From NCBI RefSeq assembly GCF_020745735.1, contig NC_083425.1:23795575-23859574 (forward strand): DNA of 64,000 nt, in the 5' to 3' direction. Positions 62,972 to 64,000 of this stretch are shown here, in pieces. The DNA comes from Hemiscyllium ocellatum. Taxonomy: Eukaryota. Below the pieces are notes generated by a model, which worked only from the letters and a program-made list of their open reading frames with translations, had not been told where the DNA came from and made no database searches. Both the position numbers and the translations under genes were made by a program. The number at the start of each line of letters is the position of its first letter. Position 1 is the first letter of the stretch.

Positions 62972-63113
62972 CTGGATTAGTGGTGCTGGAAAAGCACAGC
63001 AGATCAGGCAGCATCCAACGAGCTGCTCGTTGGATACTGCCTGAACTGCTGTGCTCTTCCAGCACCACTGATCCAGAATCTGGTTTCCAGCATCTGCAGT
63101 CATTGTTTTTACC
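62972..63113. mobile_element. Palindromic Penelope-terminus insertion with a 15-bp target-site duplication
   Basis: 53-bp inverted arms (62971-63023 and 63025-63077, 4 mismatches). TAACTGTACAATCTT at 62957-62971 and 63114-63128. Confidence 0.85.
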
Positions 63114-63379
63114 TAACTGTACAATCTTGTCTATTGCACACTGCTGTGTACTTTGATTGCAAGCAGTTTAAAAGGATTTCTTGCTGTTCATGTTCTTATG
63201 TAGCCCTTGGCATCAATGTTGCTGTTGATATCGAATTGTTAATGTGTGTGAGTCTAAGTTGATGCTGTAATACTATTGCCTTAACTTACAAATATATGAA
63301 CTATACATAATCAACAAAAGTAAATGCAGTTACCTTTAAAAGTATAAGTTATTTTGTTTTTATGGATGACTTCATTTGA

Positions 63380-63560
63380 GGTTAAAAAAGGTCACACAAC
63401 ACCAGGTTATAATCCAACAAGTTTATTTGGAACCTCAAGGTTTGTGCGAAGAAGTTTATTTGGAAGCATTAGCTTTTGGAGCTCTCCTCCTTCATTAGGT
63501 GGTTGTAGAGTATAAGATTGTAACAGACGGAATTTATAGCAAAAGTTCACAGTTTATGTT
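63380..63560 (-). mobile_element. Penelope-type terminal repeat, second family, with a decayed hammerhead motif
   Basis: Minus strand CTAATGA-A-GGAG-GAGAG-CTCC-AAAAG-CTA. Confidence 0.6.
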
Positions 63561-63864
63561 AGAGGACACGTGGTGTGATAAGCTGATAGAGAGAGCTATT
63601 ATAGTCTGGTGTTGGAAGAGGTAAAATCACCATATACCCAGAGAGTTGCTTTTTCATTAGGTAAAGAGAGAGATGGTGAGATAAACCTAAGGGTCACCAC
63701 ACCTCCAATGCAGGGTGAACTTGAGAACTTGGGACCTTCATGGTCACCTCAGTTGGAATTGGAATTGAGCCCACCATGTTGGGGTTATATGGAATCACAA
63801 ACAATCCATCCCATCAACTGAACCAATTAACCCCCTGTTAATGGAATAGCATGCTTCTGGTCAT

Positions 63865-64000
63865 AGACTTCCATCCGCCATGACTGGGGCCTCTATACCC
63901 TCTGTTTCTTCCTTTCCGGGTGTCTCCACCAGTACCCTTCCACTGACACTCTAAGTTGTTTGGCTGAACAAACATTAAGGCTGGTCCTCACCCTTAATAA
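63865..64000 (+). mobile_element. Penelope RT fragment running off the window edge
   Basis: cccttccactgacactct...gtcctcacccttaa matches 5197-5250. Confidence 0.7.

Overview
Eukaryotic vertebrate DNA, most likely shark or ray, judged from HE1-like SINEs, HER1/CR1 LINEs and Penelope-like elements. Three spliced genes were rebuilt by hand from splice sites and phases; the ORF track shows them only in fragments. (1) FAM104A/VCF1, minus strand, 3 coding exons, 114 aa. (2) C17orf80/MTNAP1, plus strand, 542 aa from the ATG at 29619, head-to-head with FAM104A across a GC-box-rich CpG island. (3) CPSF4L, minus strand, 8 coding exons, 232 aa, five intact CCCH fingers. This order matches human 17q25 as I recall it. 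The rest is mostly transposon debris: two decayed Gmr1-like Ty3/gypsy elements with integrase upstream of RT, a young CR1 copy with an intact 712-codon ORF, Penelope fragments, many SINEs and a MITE. Main observations: the last two C17orf80 exons look like ATP synthase subunit f (ATP5MF) exons and lie tail-to-tail with CPSF4L, as ATP5MF does with CPSF4, suggesting an old duplicated block. CPSF4L carries a fossil zinc knuckle removed by a compensating pair of frameshifts. About ten decayed hammerhead-ribozyme motifs from several Penelope-type termini are present, often broken at the same CpG. All human sequence comparisons are from memory and need checking by alignment.
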